Part shown: positions 40,903 to 53,680 of the stretch, in pieces
Layout of the letters: the number at the start of each line of letters is the position of its first letter
Position numbering within the stretch: the stretch's first letter is position 1
Assembly (NCBI GenBank): GCA_000004695.1
Contig: CM000154.2
Location: 2,656,001 to 2,720,000, forward strand
From: Dictyostelium discoideum
Taxonomy: Eukaryota
DNA length: 64,000 nucleotides
Reading direction: 5' to 3'
The notes under the pieces: model-generated
What the model was told of the DNA's origin: nothing
The model's database searches: none
What the model saw: only the letters and a program-made list of their open reading frames with translations
Program-made: the position numbers and the translations under genes

Positions 40903-41783
40903 TCATCCTCAAAGATATTTTTATTCTCTTTTTTGTTCAAGGTGGTTTCAATAAAAATTAAAAAAAAAAAAAAAAATTAATCTCTCAAGATCAAGATCAC
41001 ATTTTCAGAGAGAGAGAAACTCGGAGTGATAACCAGCTGATTAGTAAAAAATATCTTTTTTTTTTTTTTAAATTATTATAAAAATAAAATTATGATAATT
41101 CGTCAAATTTTGATGAGACAACAATGGGCAAAAAAAAAAAAAAAGAAAAAAAAAAAATAAAATTAAATTTAATTAAAAATAAAAAATAAAAAAACCAATG
41201 AAAATATAAAAAAATTATTTGTGCAGTGTTTGTAAAAAAAAAAAAAAAAAAATTAATTTAATTAAAATTAAATAAATATTAAGACCCATTATTTTTATTA
41301 TTTATTATTTATTATTATTATTATTATAATTAATTTTTATTTTTATTTTTAATTTTAATTTTAATTTTAATTTTAATTAATATTTTTTTTGGAAGGGCCA
41401 AGTTTTTTTTTTTTTTTTATTTTTTTTTTCGAAAATTGTTAACCGTTTATTTTTATAATCAAAAATTTTTTTTTTTTTTTGATATTTGCACAGATCGCAA
41501 ACGTTTTTATAGTAATCATTTGATAAAATAAAAAATAAAATTTTTTTTTAAAAAAAAAAAAACTAAAAATAATTAATTGTTAATTTTAAAAAAAAAAAAA
41601 AAAAAAAAAACGCTTCTCATTGTTTAGATATCTTTAAGATAAAAAAAAATAAAAAAAATAAAAATAATAAAAATAATAATAAAAAAATAAAAATAATAAA
41701 AATAGTAATTAAATAATTTTTTTTTTTTTTTTTTTTCCAATAATAAATCTCAAAATAAAAAATAAAATAAAATAAATTTAAAA

Positions 41784-41926
41784 ATGAAATTATTAAGTTT
41801 TAAAAAGAAACCTTCATTAACAAAAAGTCAAAGTTGTCCAGATAAATTAAAGAATTTAAAAGAACAACAAAAAGATCCAAAGAATGGAGCCAATTATGAT
41901 ACTGCAACAATTAAATCTTATACATT

Positions 41927-41957
<31 letters not shown>

Positions 41958-44087
41958 AGAGAAGATAATAATATGATTAATAATGAAAATGAAGATTTTT
42001 CATTTAATTATTTTGATTATGATGAAGATCAAGAATCAACTTATAGTAGAGAAGAAAGATTATTCTTTTCAATTTGGAGAAATAATAAAATTAAAAGATG
42101 TATTTTCCATCATTTGGAGATATTCAATTTAATGAATAATATTAATGACCCAATTACATTGGACCAATTAAATTTAATTGACTCTGGTAAACTTAGAGAT
42201 TATTGTAAAATTGTAAAGATTGAAAAGAATGAAAAGATTGAATTGCAATGCATGCCAATTCCAAACCATATTGAGAAACTAATATTTTCAAATGAATTTG
42301 ATAAACCAATTAAAGCTGGAACCATTCCTCAATCAGTTGTAGAGATTGAATTTGGTGAGAAATTCAACCAAGTTTTAAAACAGGGTCAACTACCGCCATC
42401 ATTGGAGATTTTGAAATTTGGTAAAAGATTCAACCAAATGGTTACACATTCCACTGGTGAATTGCCAACATCTCTAACTACTCTTATATTCGGTAACAAT
42501 TTCGATCAAATCATTCTAAAGAATTTCATACCACCAAATGTATCAACATTAATATTTGGTTTAAACTTTGATCAACCTTTATCACCTGGTTACATTCCAT
42601 CCAGTGTCACTAAACTTGAATTTCAAGAGAACTTTAATCAACCATTAACCATTGGTACAATTCCAAAAAATGTTAAACATTTGAAAATATTTAGTAAATT
42701 CCCATTAAATCAAGGTGCAATCCCACAAAGTTGTACAACACTATACTATGGTGGTGATTGTAATCAAGGTACAAAGAATATACCAGATTCCGTTAAATCT
42801 TTACATTTCCTTCAATCAATTGATTGTAATAACCTCACTAAAGAAAGATCATTATCAAAATCATCATCATCAATATCATTAGATATTAGTGGTGGTGGTA
42901 GTGGTAGTGGTAGTGGTGTTAATTCAACAACAACAAGTGAAAAAATAACTTTTTTACAACCTGAATCAATTTGTAAATCAGTTACAAATTTAACAATTGA
43001 ATTAAATCAAGGACCACCAAATAAGAAATATTTACCAATGAATTCAGTTACTCAATTGTCACTTGGTATTAATGAATTTAAAAAACCATTGAAATCAAGT
43101 TATATTCCAAATTGTTGTACTTCATTATTATTAAATATTGGTCCAGATTATAAATTTCAACAATTATTATCAAAATCAATACCATCATCAGTTACAGCTT
43201 TACAATTTGGTCCAAATTTTAATTTAACTATTATGCCAAATTCTTTACCAATTCATTTAAGATCAATTGATTTCGGTGATGGTTTTAATCAACAACTCTT
43301 ACAAAATTCTTTACCAACTTTAATTGATTCAATTAAATTTGGTAATTCTTATAATCAACCAATTTCAAATAATGTTTTATCAAATTCAAATTATTTAACA
43401 TCAATTGAATTTGGTAAATCATTTGACCAACCTTTAATCATTGGTAATGGTATTGGTAATTTAAATAATAATAATATAAATAATAATGTTACAAATTCAA
43501 ATTTACCAATAACATTAAATAAATTAAAATTTTCAAAAGATTCAAATTTTAAAAGTTTATTAAAAATTGAATCAGATTCAATGATTGAAGAGATTGAATT
43601 TGGTGATCAATATAATGAAGAATTTAATAATCAATGTTCTTTAGGTTGTACTCATTTACTTTCAATTAAATTTGGTGAAAATTTTAATCAACCAATTAAT
43701 AATTTACCAATTTCAATTAAAAAATTAATTTTTGGAAATTCATTTAATCAATCAATCAAAAATTTACCTGAAAATTTAACATCTTTATCTTTAGGTACCT
43801 CTTTTTCTCAAAATTTAATTAATTTACCAAATTCATTAATTGAATTAAAAATGTTTAATAAGGATTTTTTAAATAATTTAAATTTTAGTAATAATAATAA
43901 TGAAAATAATAATGAAAATAATAATGAAAATAATAATGAAAATAATAATGAAAATAATAATGAAAATAATAATAATACCAATAGTTTCAATGATTTTATA
44001 AAAAATACAACAATTAAGAGAATTAAAGTACCTTGTTTAATTACAACACTAAATTTTATTGTTGAAAAGAATAAATCTAAAAAGTAG
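41784..44087 (+). CDS. FNIP-repeat-containing protein (767 aa); single exon
   Basis: At least 15 tandem ~22-aa repeats of the form FG.(N/K)FNQ.L..G.(I/L)P.S(L/V)..L.F, the Dictyostelium FNIP repeat. The N-terminus carries poly-Q. The C-terminus has (AATAATGAAAAT)6, encoding (NNEN)n. Confidence 0.85.
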
Positions 44088-44508
44088 TTAAAAAAAAATA
44101 AAAAATAAAAAAATAAAAAAAAAAATAAAACAAGATAAAATTTAAAAATAAAATAAAATTCTTGGACCCAAACTAAATTGTTTTATTTTTTATTTTTTTT
44201 TTTTTTTTTTTAGGTTGGGGTTCTGGAAAAATAAAATGAAAATAAATTATTATTTTTTTTTTTTTTTTTTTTTTTTTAAGTTGTTCGTTGTTAAAATTTT
44301 ATTGTTTTGTAGTTGCTAATAATAATTATACAAATTTGGTGAAGTATAATTTACTGTTAAATAAATCTTATTTCGAGAAATGGAGTAAAAAAAAAGAAGG
44401 TTTTTTTTTTTTTTTTTTTTTTTTAAAAGGGTTAGCCTTAAAGAAATCTCTTTCAAATCCTTTCCATTTATAAATTTTTATTTATTTTATTTTATTTTAT
44501 ATTTTTTT

Positions 44509-44555
<47 letters not shown>

Positions 44556-44643
44556 GGCAGTCACCAAGAAAACAAAGAAAAAAAAAGATACCAACTGACC
44601 AACGCAGCACAAAATTACTTTTGGTGCGGAAATTTTTATATCA

Positions 44644-44680
<37 letters not shown>

Positions 44681-44735
44681 TTTTTTTTTTGTTTCAATTT
44701 AAAATTCTTTTCTCAAAATAAACAGACAGAGAGAA

Positions 44736-45855
44736 ATGAATAATAATATTAAATATGTATTTTTAATAATTGTAACATTGGTATTTATTAATAATGTCTA
44801 TTCAGAATCAACAAAAATTGGAGTTTTAAATAAAGATGATTGTAAAAATTAATTTTTCACCACTTATAAAAGAAAATAAAAAAAATAAAATTGTGTTACG
44901 GAGTAGAAATTAACTTTTATTTTTTTTTTTTTTGTTGGTGAAATAAAAAAAATTAAAAAATAAAAACTATATAGATGATTATATAGATAAATTAGTTAAA
45001 GATTTATTCAAGGAAAACCCTTTTCCAATTTTAAATGTAGATAAAGATAAAACCTATTATGACTACTGTTCAAAACCATTATTTAAATGTAATAGTGAAA
45101 CTGGTCATTTATCAGGAATGTAAGAGTAATTAAATTATTATTATTATTATTATTATTAATATAGGATACTAATTTCATTCTTCAAATGGGAAAAATTAGG
45201 CATTTAACATATGACGCAGATTTGTGCAAGATCAAATCATTGAAAAATGAAATCTCAAAATACGATTTTACTATCATGGATAGTATTGAACTTTCATTAT
45301 TTCCATTTGGTTCTCCAAAAATTTTAAGCAAACTCAATGCTCGTACAGTGTAGGTATTTAATTTAATTTATTTTATTTTATTTTGTTTTGCTTTATTAAC
45401 TTTTATTAATAACCACCAATTTTTTTTTTTTATTTATAGGAAAATATCACGATGTCATATTGATTCGCTTTTAATTGAACCAAACCCAAATACAAGAGAT
45501 TTGTAAGTATAAATTCTTTAAATTTAGCGATTGATTAATTAATACTAATGAATTATTTTTTTTTTTTTTTTTTTATTTTTTTTTTTTTTTTTTTCTTTCA
45601 AATTATTCAGATTTGTTGACTCAAATGACAATGTTAAAGTAGTGATGAAAACTATGGGAATGATTGAAAATTTGTGAGTATAGTTAGCTTTTTGATATTA
45701 TGCTGAAAAAAAATTTCTTTATCTAACAAAAAAAAAAAAAAAAAATTATAGCACTCTCACAAGTTCATTTGTAAGAAATTCATCAAAAACCATTACATTT
45801 GAAGTAAATGAAGACGAAGATGAATTTAATTTTAAAAATTGGTATGTTCACTAAA

Positions 45856-45946
<91 letters not shown>

Positions 45947-46227
45947 TTTTCATTCTTTTTGCAATAATTATTAATATCCACCCATTTTCTTTTATTCTTT
46001 TTTTCAAAATAAATACCAACAATAGGGACGTTTATTCAACAAATGTTCCTCTTTTCAAATATTTTCATTTTGATACATTGTAAAGTATAATAAAACCTTT
46101 TTTTTTTTTTTATTTTTAAAAAAACTAACTTTTAATTTCTCTATAGAAAACTTACAATTTTATCAAATGAAGGTCTTGACAAAACTAATAAATTTGAAGA
46201 CTATACTGAGATTACAAATTTGTAAGT

Positions 46228-46260
<33 letters not shown>

Positions 46261-46739
46261 CTTTTCTTTTTTTTTTTTTTTTTTTTTCTTTTTTCTTCTA
46301 AACAAATTTTTAATAACTTCTCTCTCTTTTTTTTTTTAAAAGTTATTTGTATAAATATAAATATTTTGATTTTGATCCTATTCCATTCCCAAGTGAAATT
46401 TTTATAGATAATCAAGAAACCATGTTTTTTGGTACAACATTTAGAATTTCACCTCCAAATGATTATTTGGATATTTCAAAAGCATCTTCCTTACTTGGAT
46501 TGTAAGTATAAAAAAAAAAAAAAAGAAAAGAGAAAAAAAAAAAATTAAAATAAAAATTGTTTTTGTTGTATATTAATTTTTTTTTTTTTATTTTTTTTTC
46601 AGGTCATTCTCAAATGCAGAGGGTTTTTTTTATAACGATAACAACACACTCCAATTCCCATTTTCAAAATTCCCTGAAGAACTTGATCAATTGTAAGTAG
46701 TATTACATTTTAACCATTAAATAAATACAGTTATTAATA

Positions 46740-46770
<31 letters not shown>

Positions 46771-48435
46771 TAGTTTTTATAAAAATAACAACCAAAGTAC
46801 TCCACTTCCAGATATTCAAAAACTCTTTGAAAATACTAAAATTCGTTATTTGTAAGTATAAACATTTTTTTTTATTTTTTTTTTATTTTTTTTTTAATCT
46901 CCTTTATTTGGTTATTAATTTTTTTTTTTTCTTTTTAAAAAGAGTTTTACCAAATAATAAATTTAGTGGTAAGATTAGTCCAATTAACATTCCAAGTTTA
47001 ATAAATTTGTAAGTAAAAATTATTTTTATTATTATTGTTATTATTTTTTTTTTTAAAAAAATATAAAAATTTATTAATAATAATTTTTAATTTTAGAGAT
47101 TTATCAAATAATGAACTTGTAGGTAAATTAGGAGATTGGATTTGTGGTATTGATAGTTTAAATGTTCAACATAATATTCTTCAAGGTAATGTTCCAATTT
47201 GTAAAATATGTTATGGTAGTGGTCTTTCATTGATTGAGAATAATAATTATTTCGATAGTAGAGAATGCAACGAAACAATTCTAGAAAGTTTAGACATAAC
47301 TACTAAGGAATATAATATTTCAAAAACAAATGAAGATAAGGATGAAGTTTATTCTATGATCTATGAATATATAGTTAAAGGTGAAGGATTGGCTTATGGT
47401 GAACATAAATTTACAACAAACCTTAATGATTATAATTATACTTTAGGAGGTTGGATTCAAGTTGGGAATACCTATAAACTTAATACCACTAAAATGGTTG
47501 AATCTATTGATTTCTTTTTCAACACATCGTCCCCTTTTTCTGCTACATTTGCAACTAAACCAGATTCAAAACCAAGAATTAACTCAATTATAAAAACAAC
47601 TGATGAAGTCAAGGATCCAAAAACCGATAAATACACAATTGAAGGTATATTTTTCTCTTCATTAATATCTGATGTTTCAGTTTCATTGCTTGAAGAGGGT
47701 GATGACGAATACCTTTCTCATCCATGTAAAGTATCAGAGTCAACATTCTATTCAATCACTGCATCATGTCCAAATGAATTACTTTTAAATTTAATTCAAG
47801 TTAAAGTGGGTCAACTTGATACTGGTCGTGTTGAATTCAATTCATCTTCGTCCTATAGTAAAATGTGTAAATCGGAATGTAGTGATAAAGTAAAAGCAAA
47901 TGGTGGAGGTTGCAATTATGATGTTGGTCTTTGTAAATGTCATAAAAGTAATTGTAGATCGGTTACTGTCGAGGTCACTGGTCAATGTCTCAATGATGAT
48001 AATGGTGATGCCTATTGTAGTTGTAACGAAAGATGGGAGGGTACCCTTTGCGAGATCGGAACTTGTTTTGGTTATGATGGTTGTAATTCTCCAAAAGGTG
48101 AATGTGATAAAGCAACATCAATGTGTCATTGTTTAGATAAAAATTTTAATAATGATTATTGTAATGGTACTAGAACTATTCCAGATGGTAAAAATAACAA
48201 TAATAATAATAACAACAACGGTGGTGATGGAGAAAATGGTCCATCATATGCCGTTGGAGTTATCTTCCTTTTCGTCGTTATCATTGGTGTTGCTATCTTT
48301 ATCTATAAAAGATATATTGATGGTTCCTCAAAATCAACCACTTCAAATGGTGTCAAATTTAAAGTTTTAAGTTCAAAACAAGAAGATGATGAAGAAGATA
48401 ATTTATCAACAACAAGAAAAGGTTATGAAGAATAG
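44736..48435 (+). CDS. Second receptor-like membrane protein, paralogous to 16362..20833 (signal peptide, divergent repeats ending in plant-type LRRs, EGF-like Cys repeats, TM, cytoplasmic tail). Thirteen exons: 44736..44841, 44975..45119, 45200..45349, 45440..45502, 45611..45673, 45752..45841, 46026..46079, 46147..46221, 46343..46501, 46603..46692, 46774..46851, 46943..47008, 47097..48435
   Basis: Signal peptide MNNNIKYVFLIIVTLVFINNVYS. Eleven successive exons end ..TT|GTAAGT (phase 2) and restart with a single nt after AG. LRRs include LPNNKFSGKISPINIPSLINL and LSNNELVGKLGDWICGIDSLNVQHNILQGNVP. The final exon has EGF-like C.C..W.G..C units and the TM VGVIFLFVVIIGVAIFIY followed by a KRYIDGSS... 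tail. Total 2478 nt gives 825 aa, in frame throughout. The exon-3 acceptor is ambiguous (45200 chosen for frame; 45165 follows the (ATT)n tract but breaks the frame). Confidence 0.6.
45857..45950. repeat. (AAT)n of about 31 units inside an intron of the second LRR-EGF gene
   Basis: The run follows the GTATGT donor at 45842. It reads as poly-N in the ORF track but is intronic by frame analysis. Confidence 0.8.
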
Positions 48436-49142
48436 AAAAAATTAAAAAAAAAATAAAAAAAAAAAATATAAAAATTAAAAAAAAATAAAAATAAAAAAAA
48501 AAAAAAAAAAAAAAAATTTATTTATTACAAGCAAAATATTACATCCAAAAAACAATATATTTATTTTAAAAAAATTGTTAAAATAAGAAAGAATTATTCC
48601 TAACTTTTTTTTTTATTTTTAAAAACTTTTTCCAGAAATTTTAATATATAAAAAGATTCTATTCCTTTAAATAAATAGGAAATTGTATTTTTTTTTTTTT
48701 TTCCTTTTTCAAATTTTCTAACTCAATTCAGGAAAAAGTAACTTTCATCCTTTTCATCACTATTAGAGATTTATATTAATAAAATCCATTGGCGACAAAT
48801 TTTTTTTTTTTTTTTTCCATTTCTCAAATTTTTTTTTTTTTTTATATTTTATAAAATTATCGGTGTGTGTGTGTTTTGGATAAGTTTATCAATTTATTTA
48901 TATGTTTATTTTGTTTTAAATAAAAATAGCGCAAGTTTGAGAAAAAATTTTAATTGAACATAAAAAATTTTTATTTATTTTTTTTTTTATTTTTTTATTT
49001 TTTTTCAATTAATTTTTTTTAATTTCAAAAAAAAAAAAAAAATCTTTTTTTGATTTTTTTTTTTTTTTTTTTTTTACCTTTTTTTTTTCTCATTAATATT
49101 TGTATTTATAAATAACAAAAACAAAAATAACATAAAAAGAAA

Positions 49143-50968
49143 ATGTCCGACGATGAAGATATGATGTATGATGATGATGAATATTTTGATGATGATGAAG
49201 ATCAAGATCAAAATGATAGTGAATCAGAGGGTGTAGAAATTGAAAATCAATATTACAACTCAAAAGGTTTAATTGATGAATCAATTCCAGATGCAATTAA
49301 AAGTTATGAAAAAGTTGTTGATTTAGAAAATGGTGAAAAGGGTGAATGGTAATTATAAAAAATAAAAAAAAAAGAAATAAAAAAATAAAAATAAGAAAAT
49401 ATAAAAAATAAATAAAAAAAAAAAAAAAAATTAAATCAATAAACTTATAAAAATAAAAATCAATTAAAATATATAGGGGTTTCAAAGCATTGAAAAAGAT
49501 AACAAAATTATATTTCCGTATTGGAGATTTCGATAATATGTTGGAAAGTTTTAAAAAATTCCTTCCATACACTAAATCATCGGCAAGTAGTAATTATATT
49601 GAAAAGGGTATCAATTCAGTTTTAGATATGGTTTCTTCAAGTAATACAATTGAATTAGATATGATTCAAAAAGTTTTCGATTTAACTTTAAAATCATTAT
49701 TGGATACTAAAAATGAGGTATGTTTTTAATTTTTTTTTTTCTCACTCAAGTTTCTTTATTTTTTCTTAATATTGGGAGGAAATTAAATTTTTTTTTTTTT
49801 TTGTTGAAAAAAAAAATTAAAAAAAAAATAAAAATTTATATTTGATTTTCATACTAATAATTTTATTTTTACTCTTTTATATAAAAAATTTATTAATAAT
49901 AATATTAAAAACTTAATAATAATAATAAATAATTAAAAAAAAAAAAAAAAAAAAAAAAATTTTTTTTTAGAGAGTTTGGTTTAGAACAAATCTTAAATTA
50001 GCAAAATTATTATTTGAAAAAGCAGAATATGGTCGTTTAGCAAAGATTTTAAGAGATTTACATAAATCATGTGAATTAGAGGATGGTACTGATGATCAAA
50101 AGAAAGGTAGTCAATTGGTTGATATTTATGCTTTAGAGATTCAAATGTATACAGAAACCAAAAACAATAAGAAATTAAAAGATTTGTATAAAAAAGCACT
50201 TGAAATCAAGAGTGCCATTCCTCATCCACGTATTATGGGTATCATTAGAGAATGTGGTGGTAAAATGCACATGGCTGAAAAAGAATGGGAAAAAGCACAT
50301 ACAGACTTTTTTGAAGCTTTCAAAAATTATGATGAAGCTGGTAACTCTAGAAGAATTCAATGTCTTAAATATTTAGTTTTAGCATGTATGTTAATGCTTT
50401 CAACTATTAATCCATTTGATTCAACTGAAGCAAAACCGTATGTGTATTTTTAATTAATTAAAAAAAATATAATTTATTTATAATAATAATACTAATTATT
50501 TTTTTATTTTAATTTTTTTTTTTAAAAAAAAGATATAAAAATGATCCAGATATTTTAGCAATGACAAATTTAGTTATGGCTTATGAAAAGAATGATATTT
50601 ATGCATTTGAAAAGATCTTAAAAGATAATCGTAAAACTATTATGGATGATCCATTCATTAGAATGTACATTGAAGATTTATTAAGAAACATTAGAACTCA
50701 AGTCCTTTTGAAACTTTTGAAACCATACACTAGAATTAGAATTTCATTCATCTCTAAAGAATTGAATATTCCATCCAGTGATGTAGAGTCTCTTTTAGTT
50801 TCTTTGATCCTTGATAATAAGATTAGAGGTTCAATTGATCAAGTAAATCAACAGTTAGAACTTGATACTGCTAAATCTTCTGCTTATTGGAAATATACTT
50901 CAATTCATAAATGGGCAAATCAAATCGGTCAACTTAATGGTGGTATAAATAATAAATTAGTTTCTTAA
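49143..50968 (+). CDS. csn2: COP9 signalosome complex subunit 2 (PCI domain); exons 49143..49348, 49477..49717, 49971..50437, 50533..50968
   Basis: Near-colinear with human CSN2. [15 protein letters not shown]|[75 protein letters not shown] and [31 protein letters not shown] all match. Donors are GTAATT, GTATGT and GTATGT with phases 2, 0, 2. The product is 449 aa. Confidence 0.9.
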
Positions 50969-51147
50969 AATTAACAAAAAACAAAACAAAAAAAAAAAAA
51001 AAAAAAACCAATTATAATAATAATAATAATATCATAATCAAATTAAAATAAATAAATCACTGTTATAATAATAATATAAATTAATGTGTAATTTATTTAA
51101 ATATTTTATTTTGAAAGAAAAGGGGTTTTTAATTATTTCCTATTATT

Positions 51148-51519
51148 TTAAAAGGAAATTGATTTAATATAAAGATTTGGACGGGTGGTACCATTTAAGA
51201 TACAATAAAAAGTATGAGAGCTATGTGCGGCAATAGTTGATTGACCAGCTGGTAAGGTTAATTCATTTGAATGTTTTTCCATATTCCAAATTGATGAACT
51301 ATCTCTTAAAGTTAGAGTACGATCAGTTGCGATATGAATTGATTTAATTATTTTATTTGTATGATTTTCAATGGTAATTGAATATTGAGTAATTGTAATA
51401 CCATCTTGTTTCCATGATCCTATTACTTTAGTATCAAGTGAACAATCACGATTTGAAACACTTGCTGATGCAATTGCTGTTAAAACTAAAAGTGCACAAA
51501 TTATTTGAATTAATTTCAT
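51148..51519 (-). CDS. Small secreted protein with a CBM49-type (Dictyostelium cellulose-binding) carbohydrate-binding module; single exon, 123 aa
   Basis: Signal peptide MKLIQIICALLVLTAIASA. The mature region VIGSWKQDGITITQYSITIENHTNKIIKSIHIATDRTLTL...SIWNMEKHSNELTLPAGQS follows the SW..G..YQY.V.I.N...K.I.S..I......L....IWN pattern of CBM49. Confidence 0.5.
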   Translation of the reverse strand: MKLIQIICALLVLTAIASASVSNRDCSLDTKVIGSWKQDGITITQYSITIENHTNKIIKSIHIATDRTLTLRDSSSIWNMEKHSNELTLPAGQSTIAAHSSHTFYCILNGTTRPNLYIKSISF

Positions 51520-51713
51520 TTTAAAATATTTTAAATTGTTTATTTGAGTTGGTTTATTTAAATTGGTTTATTTAAATTGGTTTATTTTATTTTATTTTAT
51601 TTTGGAATGGATTTAAAAAAAAAAAATCAAAAATATTTATACCAAAATTTTTTCTTTTTTTTTTTTTTTAAATCCATTTTATTAATTATTAATATCTTTT
51701 ATTTGAAAATATA

Positions 51714-51830
51714 TTTTTTTAAGTTTTAATCTAATAAATCTAAAAAAAAAAAAAAAAATAAAAACCCCATTTCTATTATTTTATTTTTTTTAAGTTTTAA
51801 TCTAATAAATCTTAAAAAAAAAAAAAAATC
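51714..51830. repeat. Tandem duplication (two copies of about 45 nt, with one spacer) in the intergenic region
   Basis: tttttttaagttttaatctaataaatct(t)aaaaaaaaaaaaaa occurs at 51714 and again at 51786. Confidence 0.7.
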
Positions 51831-52082
51831 AAAAATATCATTAGCAATAAATACATATCATTTCAAATAACCATTAATTTTTTTTCTTTGTTCTTTTATA
51901 GAAAATTATTCTTTTAATATTTCTTTTTTTCAAATTTTAAATATAAAAAAAAATAAAAAAAATAAAAAAAACAACTTTTTTCAAATAAACAAAAAACTCC
52001 AATAATCCTTCATCTCAAATTAATTTTTATTAAAAACACAAACCTTTTCTATAAATTAAAATAAAATAAAAATAGCTTATTA

Positions 52083-52113
<31 letters not shown>

Positions 52114-52636
52114 CCCACACAATTGATGAATTTTTGGGAATTGTTCTAAAAATGTTTGAAGATTTTTCTTTTTAATAAAAACCATAAATTATTTGTTTAA
52201 AGTTTTTTTTTTTAAAGTTTGAAAAATTTTATTTAAAATTTGTCTTACCTAAACTTAAAAAAAGAATAGATCACAATCACTAATGTGTGCATGGATTAAT
52301 TCTTGAAATTTTTTTTTTTTTTTTTTTAAAAAGAATAATTTTGGTAGTTTTTTCATATTCTGATTTAAACAGCTAATTATTTCCTTTTTAGAATGAAATT
52401 TAAAAAATTTATTATCTAAATTAAAAGAAACAATCAAAATTTTTTTTTTTATTTTTTTATTTTTTTTTTGATTGGGTTAATTAAACTTTCCAGTCGAATA
52501 ATGTTTTTTTCAAAAGAGTTTTAATAGTATAAACATCAATGGGTATTTGAGGAAAAAATAATAAAAAAATCAATTGGACTATTTTAGTATTTAAAAACTA
52601 TTGAATAAGTTTTAATTTTTTTATTTATTTATTTAT

Positions 52637-53680
52637 TTATTTAAAAAATAAAATAATTAAAATAAAAATAATAATAAATAATTTTTTTGAGAATATTTGA
52701 TTAATATTAAAGTCATTTTTTGTATTATTAGTTGAAGTGTTAAAGATATAAATTTGCTCAACATGAGTTTCTTTAAATGTGTAAGTTGGATTATAGTTAT
52801 AAATTAGTGATTTAAATAAAACTTCTTCATCATTAAATTTATGATTAGATTTTCTTGTTTCATTTACAAAAAAGTTTGACATATATTGGCACGCTAAAAT
52901 GGCATTAAATGAATGATCAGTTGCATCTTTTGAATACCAACTATATGGTGATTTTTCAGGGTGCCAAATAATTGCATAAATTGGGTAATCTTTTGATTCA
53001 ATCAATGATATGAATTCATTTCCACTTTTATCGTTATTTGTTGCCAAAACATTAAAAAATTGATTTAATAATGAATTGTTATCAAATGTATTTGGCGAAA
53101 TTCCAAAATGATGATTATTCATTGTAATTGGATCATTTGCTAAAGAATTAATAATATTTGTTGGGCAGTTTTTCATAATTTTACTTTCTAATGCAATATT
53201 TGAAAAATTTAAGGGGATTGAATAATTTTCTGCATTAAAATCAGTTAAAACATCAAATGATTCAGCCTGTAAAGAAACAATTTCTTCCAAACCTAAACAT
53301 GTTCCCCACAAAGGAAAATAATCACCATTTATATTTACATCTAATACATAGTCCCAAATTAAAGTTAGAGTTTTAACATATTGAATTTCTGTTTTAAAAT
53401 CAACATCACCACCTGGTAATAGTATTCCATTTATTTGTTTAAAAATTGTTGTCAAAGATTCATCATCTTGGTTATAAAAAATAGGTACCACTCTTGCACC
53501 AGCAGATTCAACATATTTAACATATGATGCCATCAAATAATTATCACCATATTTAATATTAATTGAACTTGGAAATGGTTGAGTTAAAATTCCAATTACT
53601 GGAGTATTATTAATTGTATTAATTAATTTTAAATTTGAAATTAAATATAAATAAATAAACAATGAAAATAATTTTATCAT
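52637..53680 (-). CDS. Gamma-glutamyl hydrolase (peptidase C26, class-I glutamine amidotransferase fold); single exon, 347 aa
   Basis: Signal peptide, then the catalytic nucleophile motif WGTCLGLE and the catalytic His motif IIWHPEKS. GGH-typical YPIYAIIWHPEK is present. The C-terminus has an extra hydrophobic tail [16 protein letters not shown]. Confidence 0.8.
   Translation of the reverse strand: MIKLFSLFIYLYLISNLKLINTINNTPVIGILTQPFPSSINIKYGDNYLMASYVKYVESAGARVVPIFYNQDDESLTTIFKQINGILLPGGDVDFKTEIQYVKTLTLIWDYVLDVNINGDYFPLWGTCLGLEEIVSLQAESFDVLTDFNAENYSIPLNFSNIALESKIMKNCPTNIINSLANDPITMNNHHFGISPNTFDNNSLLNQFFNVLATNNDKSGNEFISLIESKDYPIYAIIWHPEKSPYSWYSKDATDHSFNAILACQYMSNFFVNETRKSNHKFNDEEVLFKSLIYNYNPTYTFKETHVEQIYIFNTSTNNTKNDFNINQIFSKKLFIIIFILIILFFK

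Noticed and set aside
44288-44473. Small plus ORF (61 aa) between the FNIP gene and the LRR-EGF gene
   Set aside because: It ends in a poly-F run from poly(dT), has no motif and no introns linking it to neighbours. It is typical intergenic read-through.
45165-45199. Acceptor at 45163-45164 (after the (ATT)n tract) as the start of exon 3 of the second LRR-EGF gene
   Set aside because: With the phase-2 end of exon 2, it puts a TAA in frame after 13 codons. The acceptor at 45198-45199 restores an open frame of 50 codons. The choice remains uncertain without cDNA.
45771-45776. GTAAGA hexamer 19 nt into exon 6 of the second LRR-EGF gene, considered as a donor
   Set aside because: It would create a 19-nt exon and a roughly 35-nt intron, both below Dictyostelium size limits. 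Reading through keeps the frame and the TT|GTATGT phase pattern.
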